A stretch of 24,101 bases of DNA from Candidatus Undinarchaeota archaeon (GTDB taxonomy: Archaea; SpSt-1190; JASMDC01), in NCBI GenBank assembly GCA_964519305.1, contig CAZFHY010000028.1, positions 1-24,101 of the forward strand. Direction: 5' to 3'. Positions 16,659 through 24,101 of this stretch are shown piece by piece. Under the pieces are notes generated by a model. It searched no databases. It saw only the letters and a list, made by a program, of their open reading frames with translations, and was not told the origin of the DNA. The first letter of the stretch is position 1; each line of letters begins with the position of its first letter. Position numbers and translations under genes: made by a program.

Positions 16659-17795
16659 GTGCGTCTCGATCGTTTCGTCCTGCTCACATTCGTGATCATA
16701 CCGCTCGTCTTCGCACTACTGATATTCCGCATTATCACCTCCGGGGATGCCCAGGTCACAGCGAACACAATCGATACGTTCCAGGCCTTCCTCCTGCGTA
16801 ACCTGAGCGTCCTCTTCATGGGAGTGTTCCTGCTCCTCCTGCTCCTCCTGCTCGAGGACCGTCTGGAGTACGGAGTCATCATGACGCTCCACCGGTTCCA
16901 TCTGATCCCACGTGTGGTACCGCCCGAGGCCTATACGGCCATACGCGACGAAGCGCTCGACCGCATAGAGGCCACGCGCGTGCTCTCCCACCACCTCCGC
17001 CTCTCGGCCCTCGGTCCCACGGACCATCCGCTACGGGCGTTGGAGTTCTGGCTGGCACGCTTCATATCCCATGATCCGTTCATCAAGATCCCGGAGCGGT
17101 TCGTCGAGGTCTCCGAACACTTCCGGCTCCTTGAGGAGGACGAGGTCAGCGACTGGGAGCTGCGGGAGACATATGCGGACATCTCGCTGTCGGTGCTGGG
17201 CCGCACGCTCTCCATCATGGGCCGTCAGCTGGCCGTGGACCTGGCCTACGAGGGCATGATGTTCATCATAATCCTGGGGGCGTTGTTCATGGGCTATTCA
17301 GTCCTCGTGAACGAACCGCTCTTCTGCTTTGGCTGCACTACGGCCGAGGCCGAGGCGGCCGCTGCCCTTCAGCTGGGCGGGCTGGTCCCCATCCTCAACG
17401 TCGGTATCCTCATGCTGATCATGGGGCTCGTCTACCAGTTCTACGCGATAGTCAACGGCGTGGAGATACCCCTGCTCCGACTGCGGATCCTCGACGCGTT
17501 CCCTGACCATGCCGCGGTGCTGGCCGATGTGGAACGTCGCATAATTGAGGGCGAGGCCCATGGAGAGCGCGGTTGGGTGCTGCGCGAGTACCTCAAGCTC
17601 GCCTACCAGTTCCTGTACGAAGCGCTAATAGCCTGGTGGGAGGGGAAGGAGAACGAGGCCGCGGCGTACGCCTATGCATGCGACGAGCTGTGCAGTGAGA
17701 TCAAGGCCATGCACGCGGACTTCGAGTCCCACGCCGAACTGCTCCCCCGTGAGCATCGTGTCGTGCACTACGGCGAGGAGAGCGACTGGTTCTAG
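16659..17795 (+). CDS. Hypothetical membrane protein (4 TM in two pairs with soluble helical regions)
   Basis: Long ORF with two pairs of hydrophobic helices. Start moved to GTG 16659, 23 nt after TTTAAA. Confidence 0.75.
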   Translation: MRLDRFVLLTFVIIPLVFALLIFRIITSGDAQVTANTIDTFQAFLLRNLSVLFMGVFLLLLLLLLEDRLEYGVIMTLHRFHLIPRVVPPEAYTAIRDEALDRIEATRVLSHHLRLSALGPTDHPLRALEFWLARFISHDPFIKIPERFVEVSEHFRLLEEDEVSDWELRETYADISLSVLGRTLSIMGRQLAVDLAYEGMMFIIILGALFMGYSVLVNEPLFCFGCTTAEAEAAAALQLGGLVPILNVGILMLIMGLVYQFYAIVNGVEIPLLRLRILDAFPDHAAVLADVERRIIEGEAHGERGWVLREYLKLAYQFLYEALIAWWEGKENEAAAYAYACDELCSEIKAMHADFESHAELLPREHRVVHYGEESDWF

Positions 17796-18550
17796 GTCGA
17801 ACTAGCCTCGACCAACCGCTCGTCGGGACGCGCGTCGTGCGTGCCCAGAAGCCTTTCCAGAAGACCTGGCGCGGAAGGATGCACACCGTCCTGCGCAATG
17901 GTCGCCTCCACCGACCGACCCTCTGCGATGGACGGGTGCTTGCGCACTATAAGGCGACGACGGGATGTCCCGACACCGCTGCGGCGCACGTCCACAATGC
18001 ATCTGGACCGATAGGCGAGTATGTCGCCGGCCACTGGCTGGAGCTCTCCTGTCTCACGGTCCCGCCACACGTGGTTGGTAACGACCACGGGGACACCCGA
18101 TGAGGCGGCCTGTCGCCTCAGCTGTGACATGTGCTCGGCCAGACGGGCGTTCGCTTCGTCCCGCTCTCGGAGAGCGAGCGCCCGGTAGTGACATACGGCC
18201 GAATCCACGACCAATAGGGTGAGGCCCTCTGCGTCCAAAGAATCCTGGACCATGGACCCTTGCTCCGCGAGGTCACAGGGTCTTCCGACAAGGATACTGT
18301 CGAGCTCACGCGTTCCTGCGCCCATCTGGGTGGCGCGCTCGGTAGAGAACGCCATATCGGCGTCCACGTAGGCCACTGTGCCCTCTCTTGCTGCGACGAC
18401 GGCCAGCAGCGTGCACAGAGCGGTCTTTCCCGAGCCCGACGGGCCACGGAGCTGAGTGATCGCACCGCGCGGTAATCCTCCAAGGAGCGAGTCGATCACC
18501 GTGATGCCCGTGTTCCACGGCGGGACTGACAATCGAGAGGCGGGGTCCAT
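17792..18550 (-). CDS. radB: DNA repair and recombination protein RadB (RecA family)
   Basis: TGITVIDSLLGGLPRG, Walker A GPSGSGKT, FSTER..Q, Walker B LLVVDS, VVVTNHV and C-terminal KHPS. Lacks the RadA N-terminal domain. Confidence 0.85.
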   Translation of the reverse strand: MDPASRLSVPPWNTGITVIDSLLGGLPRGAITQLRGPSGSGKTALCTLLAVVAAREGTVAYVDADMAFSTERATQMGAGTRELDSILVGRPCDLAEQGSMVQDSLDAEGLTLLVVDSAVCHYRALALRERDEANARLAEHMSQLRRQAASSGVPVVVTNHVWRDRETGELQPVAGDILAYRSRCIVDVRRSGVGTSRRRLIVRKHPSIAEGRSVEATIAQDGVHPSAPGLLERLLGTHDARPDERLVEASST

Positions 18551-18580
18551 GGATAGTATTCGACATCCTTCCGATAAGAC

Positions 18581-18635
18581 CGTTTGCCCCTCCCCGCAGG
18601 GGGGAAGCGGCCCCTGGGGGACAGGGGCCGCGAAC
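18581..18635. terminator. GC-rich stem-loop element (terminator or structured RNA)
   Basis: Perfect 10-bp stem GCGGCCCCTG-n5-CAGGGGCCGC (18607-18631) next to a C-run/G-run hairpin. Confidence 0.45.
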
Positions 18636-18656
18636 GAGATGGTGTTACTTGACAGC

Positions 18657-18812
18657 TCAGCGAAGGACCGCGTCGAAGGTCCTCATCTGGCGGAGCTGCC
18701 GCTCCATCACGAAGGCATCGTCGCGGATGTCCTCGTTGAGGGAAATCATCTGATCGAAAAGGCGCTGCTTCTGGTCCAGGAGCATGATGAGCTCTTCAAG
18801 GTGTTCGGACAT
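18657..18812 (-). CDS. Small coiled-coil-like protein (51 aa)
   Basis: MSEHLEELIMLLDQKQRLFDQMISLNEDIRDD... with SD GGGTGA 5 nt upstream and TTTTATAAA at 18857-18865. Confidence 0.6.
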   Translation of the reverse strand: MSEHLEELIMLLDQKQRLFDQMISLNEDIRDDAFVMERQLRQMRTFDAVLR

Positions 18813-18877
18813 ATGCATCACCCGGGGGGGGTAAAACGAAGAAGGTCCCTTCATCGTTTATAAAACTCCGGCAGCGC

Positions 18878-19024
18878 TCAGAACGCCTTCTTGATCCTGG
18901 CGGTTCCGTCGTCATCCTCCTTGGGCTTGGCACCGAACACGAAGAACTTCTTCTTCTCCTTCTCATCCTCCTCCGTTCCTCGTGAACGCAGGCGACGGGC
19001 GGCCTCGCAGACGGGATCGAGCAT
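18878..19024 (-). CDS. Small charged hypothetical protein (48 aa, not in the ORF track)
   Basis: Hand translation MLDPVCEAARRLRSRGTEEDEKEKKKFFVFGAKPKEDDDGTARIKKAF*. SD-like GGGAG upstream, begins 13 nt after the preceding stop, GC-rich third positions. Confidence 0.6.
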   Translation of the reverse strand: MLDPVCEAARRLRSRGTEEDEKEKKKFFVFGAKPKEDDDGTARIKKAF

Positions 19025-19037
19025 GACGCACAGCTCC

Positions 19038-19454
19038 CTACGGGGGGATCATGTACTTGACCTTGGCGCGGCCCGAGGTGACATCGCTCTCGAAACCGAT
19101 GAGGCTGTCTACCATGTTGGCAGGACCGAAGATCGCACCGCAATCGGTGCACGAGTAGAAGTTGGTGCCGTCCTTGATGAAGAAGGGTAGGAGGTATCCC
19201 TTGTGGCACCTCCCGCACGGCGGGTACATGCATCCGCTCCCCTGGGGGACAGAGGCCTGGGGCGATGACGCGGTGGGGCTATCAGCACCGGGACGTCGAG
19301 AGGCCGAGGGGGGCGTACCTTTCCGTAAGGCGGTCTTCACAGCACCCTCATCGAGCCCCTGGTCGACCAGATCCCGAAGGATACGGTCGTCGTCGTACCC
19401 CGCGCGGCGATAGCGCTCCACGTTCTTTCTTGCCCTTTCCTCGTCCTGCGCCAT
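19038..19454 (-). CDS. Hypothetical protein: small helical N-domain, low-complexity linker, C-terminal zinc ribbon
   Basis: RAGYDDDRILRDLVDQGLDE.., P/S linker, CGRC...CTDC. Start moved to ATG 19454 because the longer ORF overlaps the divergent gene. Confidence 0.75.
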   Translation of the reverse strand: MAQDEERARKNVERYRRAGYDDDRILRDLVDQGLDEGAVKTALRKGTPPSASRRPGADSPTASSPQASVPQGSGCMYPPCGRCHKGYLLPFFIKDGTNFYSCTDCGAIFGPANMVDSLIGFESDVTSGRAKVKYMIPP

Positions 19455-19476
19455 AGCCGCATCGCTGTGCCGAAGA

Positions 19477-19490
19477 CTTATATCCTTTAA
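19477..19490. promoter_or_regulatory. Compact bidirectional TATA element
   Basis: CTTATATCCTTTAA lies in a 52-nt gap, with CTTATAT about 23-24 nt from both starts. Confidence 0.55.
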
Positions 19491-19506
19491 CGGCGCGAAC
19501 CCCGTC

Positions 19507-20139
19507 ATGGTCCTCCAGTCCGAGCTTCGGGACGAAGACATCCAGGTGATGAGCGTTGTGGCAGACCGGGCGCCCAACACGGTCGATCCTGCCATTCTCT
19601 TCTCCTGCGTCGTTAGCAACGTCTCCGGCTGGGACCTGTTCCTCGAGCGTTCCATCATCCGTCTCTCTGTCGGAGGCACGATCCTGGGCTCGTACCAGTG
19701 GTTTGGCGAGGGGTTCACTCTCAAGAAGAAGGTCCCCTCCAACAATGCCGAGTTCGTGTTCCCCCTGACCTCTGGCCAGCGAGCCTTCCTGGAGCGCGTG
19801 CGCCAGAAGGAGGGCGGTCTCGTCCTTGAGATCTACTTCCTTGTGTACATCAAGGAGATGGAACGGCCTGTCCCTGCGAGCCTCCGGACCGAGGTGCAGG
19901 GGCTGCGATGGGACGAATGGAGCCGCGCGTGGGGCGGCACCGGTGGCGATCTGACCCAACGGCTCGAGGAGCTCGAGCGTCAGGTGGAGCTCATCAAGAG
20001 CTTCGTCACGGACACGGACAATACCTTCAACGAACTCCTCACGGAGTTCAAACGCTCCGAACTGACCGAGAAGACGCTCGAGTCCATGCTCCGCTCAACG
20101 AAAGCGATCGAAGCATGGGTGGCACGTCAGTCACGCTGA
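19507..20139 (+). CDS. Hypothetical protein: beta-rich domain plus C-terminal coiled coil
   Basis: 210 aa with alternating beta-strand patterns, WDEWSRAWG, then LTQRLEELERQVELIK heptads. Confidence 0.75.
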   Translation: MVLQSELRDEDIQVMSVVADRAPNTVDPAILFSCVVSNVSGWDLFLERSIIRLSVGGTILGSYQWFGEGFTLKKKVPSNNAEFVFPLTSGQRAFLERVRQKEGGLVLEIYFLVYIKEMERPVPASLRTEVQGLRWDEWSRAWGGTGGDLTQRLEELERQVELIKSFVTDTDNTFNELLTEFKRSELTEKTLESMLRSTKAIEAWVARQSR

Positions 20140-20577
20140 ATCGGGGAGCCGCCCGGACGTGATGTCGTCCAGCACACCGGACACGATCACCTCAAGCTCG
20201 CGACAACAGGCATCATAATAATCCTGCCCCCGACCGACAGGGTCATCGACGTAGAGCGGGAGCACGTTGCTCGACGGGAAGCGCTCCTCGCAGTGGATGA
20301 GCGCGTCGGGGGCGTGGACAACGACCACCTCGGGCGAGCCCTCGACATCGTGGATGCTCTTTGGTGCCCGTCCGTCGATGATTTCCTCCCAACCGGGATG
20401 GCTGGTCGCTATAGCGCGAACTGCCTCGGGAGATGTGTACGACGCAGGCCTTACACCGGCCGCCGAGTCAACCTCGATGTCCAGGCCGCGCTCACGTACC
20501 TGGCCGGTCGCCAGGGCGTGGGACATCGGGCTCCGGCAGGCGTTGGCCCAGCATACGAAGAGCACACGCACGGTCAT
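20131..20577 (-). CDS. Low-molecular-weight protein tyrosine phosphatase / ArsC-family protein
   Basis: VLFVCWANACRSPM (CX5R loop), VDSAAG and DDPVG. Start moved to ATG 20577. Confidence 0.85.
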   Translation of the reverse strand: MTVRVLFVCWANACRSPMSHALATGQVRERGLDIEVDSAAGVRPASYTSPEAVRAIATSHPGWEEIIDGRAPKSIHDVEGSPEVVVVHAPDALIHCEERFPSSNVLPLYVDDPVGRGQDYYDACCRELEVIVSGVLDDITSGRLPDSA

Positions 20578-20601
20578 ACAGGAAGACAGTACCCCAAGAT
20601 T

Positions 20602-20607
20602 CTTATA
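20602..20607. promoter_or_regulatory. Bidirectional TATA element
   Basis: CTTATA is 25 nt from ATG 20577 (-) and 24 nt from GTG 20631 (+). Confidence 0.5.
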
Positions 20608-20630
20608 GTTCAATAGCCCGTGCTCCTGCC

Positions 20631-21557
20631 GTGATCACGTCAGTCGTTGGGAGCTTCCCGGCAGAGGAGGGGATCGATAGGGCAGGAGCTCTTGCCGGGT
20701 TCTATGCGGGACGCACAGTGGACCCTTTCGAGAGCCCCCTCCGCGACGCCGTGGAATCACAAGTGGCCGCTGGTATCGACTGGATCTCTGACGGCCAGGT
20801 CCGCGCCGATATGATCACCCTCTTCTCCGCCCATATCCCCGGGATGAAGGTGACCGATGGGAGGACCATGGTGGTGGGCGCCATCGAACCGCCCGCCCGT
20901 CCCATCACACGGGGGGACCTGCTCATGGCCAAGAGGTTCGCCGGTGAACAAGCCCGTGTCAAGGGCATCCTTACAGGGCCGTCCACGATCGCCCTATCCT
21001 GTGCTGTGGCCGACGGTTACCGCGACGAGCGGGACCTCCAGCTCGTGCACGACATCGCTCGTGTGCTCCGTCGAGAGGCCGAGGACCTGGTCGCCAACGG
21101 TGCTGTCGCCGTACAGATCGACGAACCGTTCTTCTCCACCGGTGTGGACGAGCTCACCGAGCGGCTGGCCGCGGTCGATTCGATCGCTAAGGGGCTTGCA
21201 GTGCCTGTCGCCATGCATGTGTGCGGTGACGTAAGCGACCTCATGGGCGAGTTCCTCGCGCTCAAGTACGTCAATATCCTCGATCACGAGTTCGCGGCCT
21301 CGCCGCAGGTGCTAGATGCCATCAGTCGGGATGATATCGAAGGCTCGGGGAAGCGTGTCGGTTATGGATGCGTCCGCTCGGACGATGCTGCAGTGGAGGA
21401 GGTGCCTACCATCGTAACGCGCATACAGGCAGCGGTCTCCAAGCTCGGCGCAGAGAACCTGATAATCGATCCTGACTGCGGGCTGCGTGCGTTCCCTCGC
21501 GAAGTGGCCATGGCGAAGCTCGAGAACATGGTGAAGGCCGCTCAAGAGGTCGAATGA
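20631..21557 (+). CDS. metE: Single-barrel (core, MesA-like) methionine synthase
   Basis: MITSVVGSFP, ISDGQVR, KGILTGP, QIDEP and Zn ligands MHVCG, DHEF, DPDCGLR. Only 308 aa, with no N-terminal folate barrel. Confidence 0.88.
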   Translation: MITSVVGSFPAEEGIDRAGALAGFYAGRTVDPFESPLRDAVESQVAAGIDWISDGQVRADMITLFSAHIPGMKVTDGRTMVVGAIEPPARPITRGDLLMAKRFAGEQARVKGILTGPSTIALSCAVADGYRDERDLQLVHDIARVLRREAEDLVANGAVAVQIDEPFFSTGVDELTERLAAVDSIAKGLAVPVAMHVCGDVSDLMGEFLALKYVNILDHEFAASPQVLDAISRDDIEGSGKRVGYGCVRSDDAAVEEVPTIVTRIQAAVSKLGAENLIIDPDCGLRAFPREVAMAKLENMVKAAQEVE

Positions 21558-21624
21558 CAGGACTGAACGGTCCTACATCACATTCTTTCAGATGAAGAGT
21601 CTGACAAGCTCGGGCCGTTCCCGG

Positions 21625-24101
21625 TTACTTCACGTACGACGGTCCGATGTCGACACGCCGGAGCAGGTTCGCGTTGGTGACCACCGTGATTGAGCTTGTG
21701 GCCATTGCCACCTCTGCGAGGGCGGGGTGCATCAGTCCCCCGATGGCCAGGGGGATCATCACGACGTTGTAGAAGAACGCCCAGAAGAGGTTCTGACTGA
21801 TCTTGGTGAACGTGGCCCTGCTGAGCTTGACGGCAGTGACCACACCGGAGAGGTCTCCACGCACCAGCGTCACGTCCGACGCTTCGATGGCGATGTCCGT
21901 CCCGGTCCCAATGGCGATCCCGACGTTGGCCTGGGTGAGCGCGGGGGCGTCGTTGATCCCGTCCCCCACCATGGCCACCAGGCCGACCTCCTCCTGCAGC
22001 CGCCGTATCTCGTCCACCTTCCCGTCGGGCAGCACCTCGGACAGCACCCTGCTGATGCCCACATTCCGGGCGATGGCGGCAGCGGTGCGCTTGTTGTCGC
22101 CCGTGATCATCGCGGTCTCGAGACCGAGCTCCGCAAGCTCACGGATGGCATTGACCGAGTCCTCCTTCAGTGTGTCCGCAACGGCCACGACACCTTTGAG
22201 CTTCCCGTCCTGGGCAACGAGCATGGCGGTCCTCCCCTCGCCCTCCAGCCGCTCCATCTCTTCTTCGAGCGGGTCCGGATCGATGTCGTTCTCGCGCATC
22301 AGAAGCCTGCTCCCAACGAGCACACGGTGGCCGTCCAAGGTCGCCTGCACCCCCTTTCCGCGGATCGCCTTGAAGTCGACAGGCTGTGCGAGCTCGAGCC
22401 CCCTTTCCCCTGCACCGGTGACGACGGCCCTGCCCAGCGGGTGCTCGCTGCCCTGCTCGACAGAGGCCGCTAGGCGCAGCACCTCGTCCTCGGCCACCTG
22501 GTCACCTGCCGGAACGACGTCGGTCAGCTCCGGCCTGCCCTTCGTGATGGTGCCTGTCTTGTCGAACACGACGGTGTGCACGTCCTTGAGCGTCTGTATC
22601 GCTTCGCCCTGGCGGATGAGGACGCCGTTCTCGGCACCCATACCCGTACCGACCATCAGCACGGTGGGCGTCGCCAGTCCCAATGCGCATGGGCAGGCGA
22701 TGACAAGCACGGACACTGTGGCGATGATGGCCAAGGTCGTGGTCTCCAGCTCCGGGTTCACCCACGGGACGAACTCTTGTACCTGGACGAGCAGTGGTCT
22801 GAACATGTCGGGGACGGCGAGCCACGCGATGAAAGTAAGGACGGCCACCACGATCACGATGGGCACGAACACTCCCGTGACCCTGTCGGCGAACTCCTGG
22901 ATGGGCACCTTGGAGCCCTGGGCCTCCTCGACCATCCTGATAACCTGGGATAGGAATGTGTCACGTCCGATCTTCGTGGCCCTGACCTTGAGAAGCCCTT
23001 CCTGGTTGACCGTCGCACCGATCACCTCGCTGCCCTCGCCCTTGTTCACGGGCATGGACTCACCCGTGGCCATGGACTCGTCCACAGCGCTCTCGCCTTC
23101 GATGACGACGCCGTCGGTGGGGATCTTCTCCCCCGGCCGCACGACCATGACGTCGCCCACTGACACCTGCTCCATGGGGACCTCGACCTCCTTTCCGTCC
23201 ACGAGCACACGGGCGGTCTTTGCACCCAGCTCCAGGAGCTTGCGGATGGCCTGGGATGCGCGTCCCTTGGCAGAGGTCTCGATGTACCGGCCAGTGAGGT
23301 GGATGGCCATGATCATCGCCGACACGCCCGCATAGCTCGCCACCGGGAGAACGTACTTGATGGGACCTGTGATGAACGAAGCCCCCGTCCCCATCGCGAT
23401 GAGGACGTCCATGTTGGCGCTCCCATGGGTCACCGAGGCGAACGCCGAGCGGTATGTATCCCGGCCCACCCAGAACAGGACGGGGATGGCCAGGACGATC
23501 ATGCCAAGCTCGAACACCGCCATGGACGGCCAGGCGATCCCCCATACCATCTCGGGGACCATCCAGGCCATGATGGGGCCGGTGAAGGCCCAGGCGATCA
23601 CCATCTTACGGTAGGCGTCGGCCATCTTCCGCTCCTCGCGCTCGACAGCATCATCCTTCTGCGCAGCCTCGTCCGCGACGCCCAAAGCCTCGTAGCCCGC
23701 GTCGGAGATGGCCTTGACGATGTCGGCATAACCCGTCACCGAGGGATCGTAGGTAATTGCGGCCTTCTCGGTGGCAAGGTTGACGTTGGCCTCGCTGACC
23801 CCGTCGACCTTGTTCAGCGCCTTCTCCACGGCGGAAGAGCAGGCGGCACAGGTCATGCCACCGACGTTGATAAGGACCTTCGATTCATTATGCTCGACGC
23901 CGTACCCGGTGTCGATGACAGCAGTCTCCAGGTCATCCACCGAGACCACGGCAGGATCGAACTCCACGGTGGCCTTCTCGGTAGCGATATTGACGCTGGC
24001 CATGCTGACCCCGTCGACCTTGTTCAGCGCCTTCTCCACAGCGGATGAGCAGGCGGCACATGTCATGCCCGTGATGGGAAGTATGACCTTCAGTCCTTCG
24101 C
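21625..24101 (-). CDS. copA: Copper-translocating P1B-type ATPase, 5'-truncated by the window edge
   Basis: Two GMTCAAC HMA domains, [32 protein letters not shown] and MATSS. The frame stays open ([11 protein letters not shown]) to base 24101. Confidence 0.95.
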   Translation of the reverse strand, partial: EGLKVILPITGMTCAACSSAVEKALNKVDGVSMASVNIATEKATVEFDPAVVSVDDLETAVIDTGYGVEHNESKVLINVGGMTCAACSSAVEKALNKVDGVSEANVNLATEKAAITYDPSVTGYADIVKAISDAGYEALGVADEAAQKDDAVEREERKMADAYRKMVIAWAFTGPIMAWMVPEMVWGIAWPSMAVFELGMIVLAIPVLFWVGRDTYRSAFASVTHGSANMDVLIAMGTGASFITGPIKYVLPVASYAGVSAMIMAIHLTGRYIETSAKGRASQAIRKLLELGAKTARVLVDGKEVEVPMEQVSVGDVMVVRPGEKIPTDGVVIEGESAVDESMATGESMPVNKGEGSEVIGATVNQEGLLKVRATKIGRDTFLSQVIRMVEEAQGSKVPIQEFADRVTGVFVPIVIVVAVLTFIAWLAVPDMFRPLLVQVQEFVPWVNPELETTTLAIIATVSVLVIACPCALGLATPTVLMVGTGMGAENGVLIRQGEAIQTLKDVHTVVFDKTGTITKGRPELTDVVPAGDQVAEDEVLRLAASVEQGSEHPLGRAVVTGAGERGLELAQPVDFKAIRGKGVQATLDGHRVLVGSRLLMRENDIDPDPLEEEMERLEGEGRTAMLVAQDGKLKGVVAVADTLKEDSVNAIRELAELGLETAMITGDNKRTAAAIARNVGISRVLSEVLPDGKVDEIRRLQEEVGLVAMVGDGINDAPALTQANVGIAIGTGTDIAIEASDVTLVRGDLSGVVTAVKLSRATFTKISQNLFWAFFYNVVMIPLAIGGLMHPALAEVAMATSSITVVTNANLLRRVDIGPSYVK
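23761..24069 (-). repeat. Tandem duplicated HMA-domain coding repeat (period 210 nt)
   Basis: 23761-23859 and 23971-24069 are near-identical; both encode [22 protein letters not shown]...VN.ATEKA. Confidence 0.85.

Noticed and set aside
8474-17336. Identical CFGC tetrapeptide in two hypothetical proteins
   Set aside because: Too short, with unrelated flanks; probably chance.
17930-17950. RadB KHP instead of the usual KHR basic patch
   Set aside because: Single substitution that cannot be judged without an alignment.
20433-20630. Long N-terminal extensions given by the ORF track (metE; likewise starts 19745, 16599, 11626, 10224, 18854)
   Set aside because: They overlap neighbouring genes or promoter elements; downstream starts fit family N-termini or promoter spacing better.
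21803-23335. 510-aa plus-strand ORF and other ORFs opposite copA
   Set aside because: Antisense shadows of a clearly identified gene.
20131-24101. Arsenic/copper resistance island (ArsC plus CopA)
   Set aside because: No arsR, acr3/arsB or copZ in view. The phosphatase lacks a clear thioredoxin-type ArsC Cys pair, and metE intervenes.
1-24101. CRISPR array, rRNA, tRNA, integrase or defence genes
   Set aside because: No regularly spaced repeats or recognisable motifs seen, and the intergenic gaps are short.

Overview
GC-rich, gene-dense chromosomal window that looks archaeal. Evidence: RadB, a single-barrel MesA-like methionine synthase, an archaeal thrB-thrC-ACT-hom cluster, and short AT-rich TATA-like boxes about 23-32 nt before most start codons. 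The left third is an accessory peptide/amino-acid locus. It holds an APC permease fused to a 2-TM plus coiled-coil module with an apparent internal TATA box and ATG, a small membrane protein, and three collinear carboxypeptidase T-like M14 paralogues that lack a signal peptide and propeptide and have diversified S1' pockets, with an orphan acidic protein between copies 2 and 3. The middle has pheA, a degenerate PD-(D/E)xK-like protein, a PMI-like cupin, a YkgJ-type Cys-cluster protein, a Cys-pair repeat surface protein and a glnA-thrB-thrC-ACT-hom operon. The right has a hypothetical membrane protein, radB, three small orphans (one missing from the ORF track), an LMW-PTP/ArsC protein, the core methionine synthase and a 5'-truncated copA. 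I found no rRNA, tRNA, CRISPR array or mobile element. All calls are by-eye motif recognition; no database search was run.
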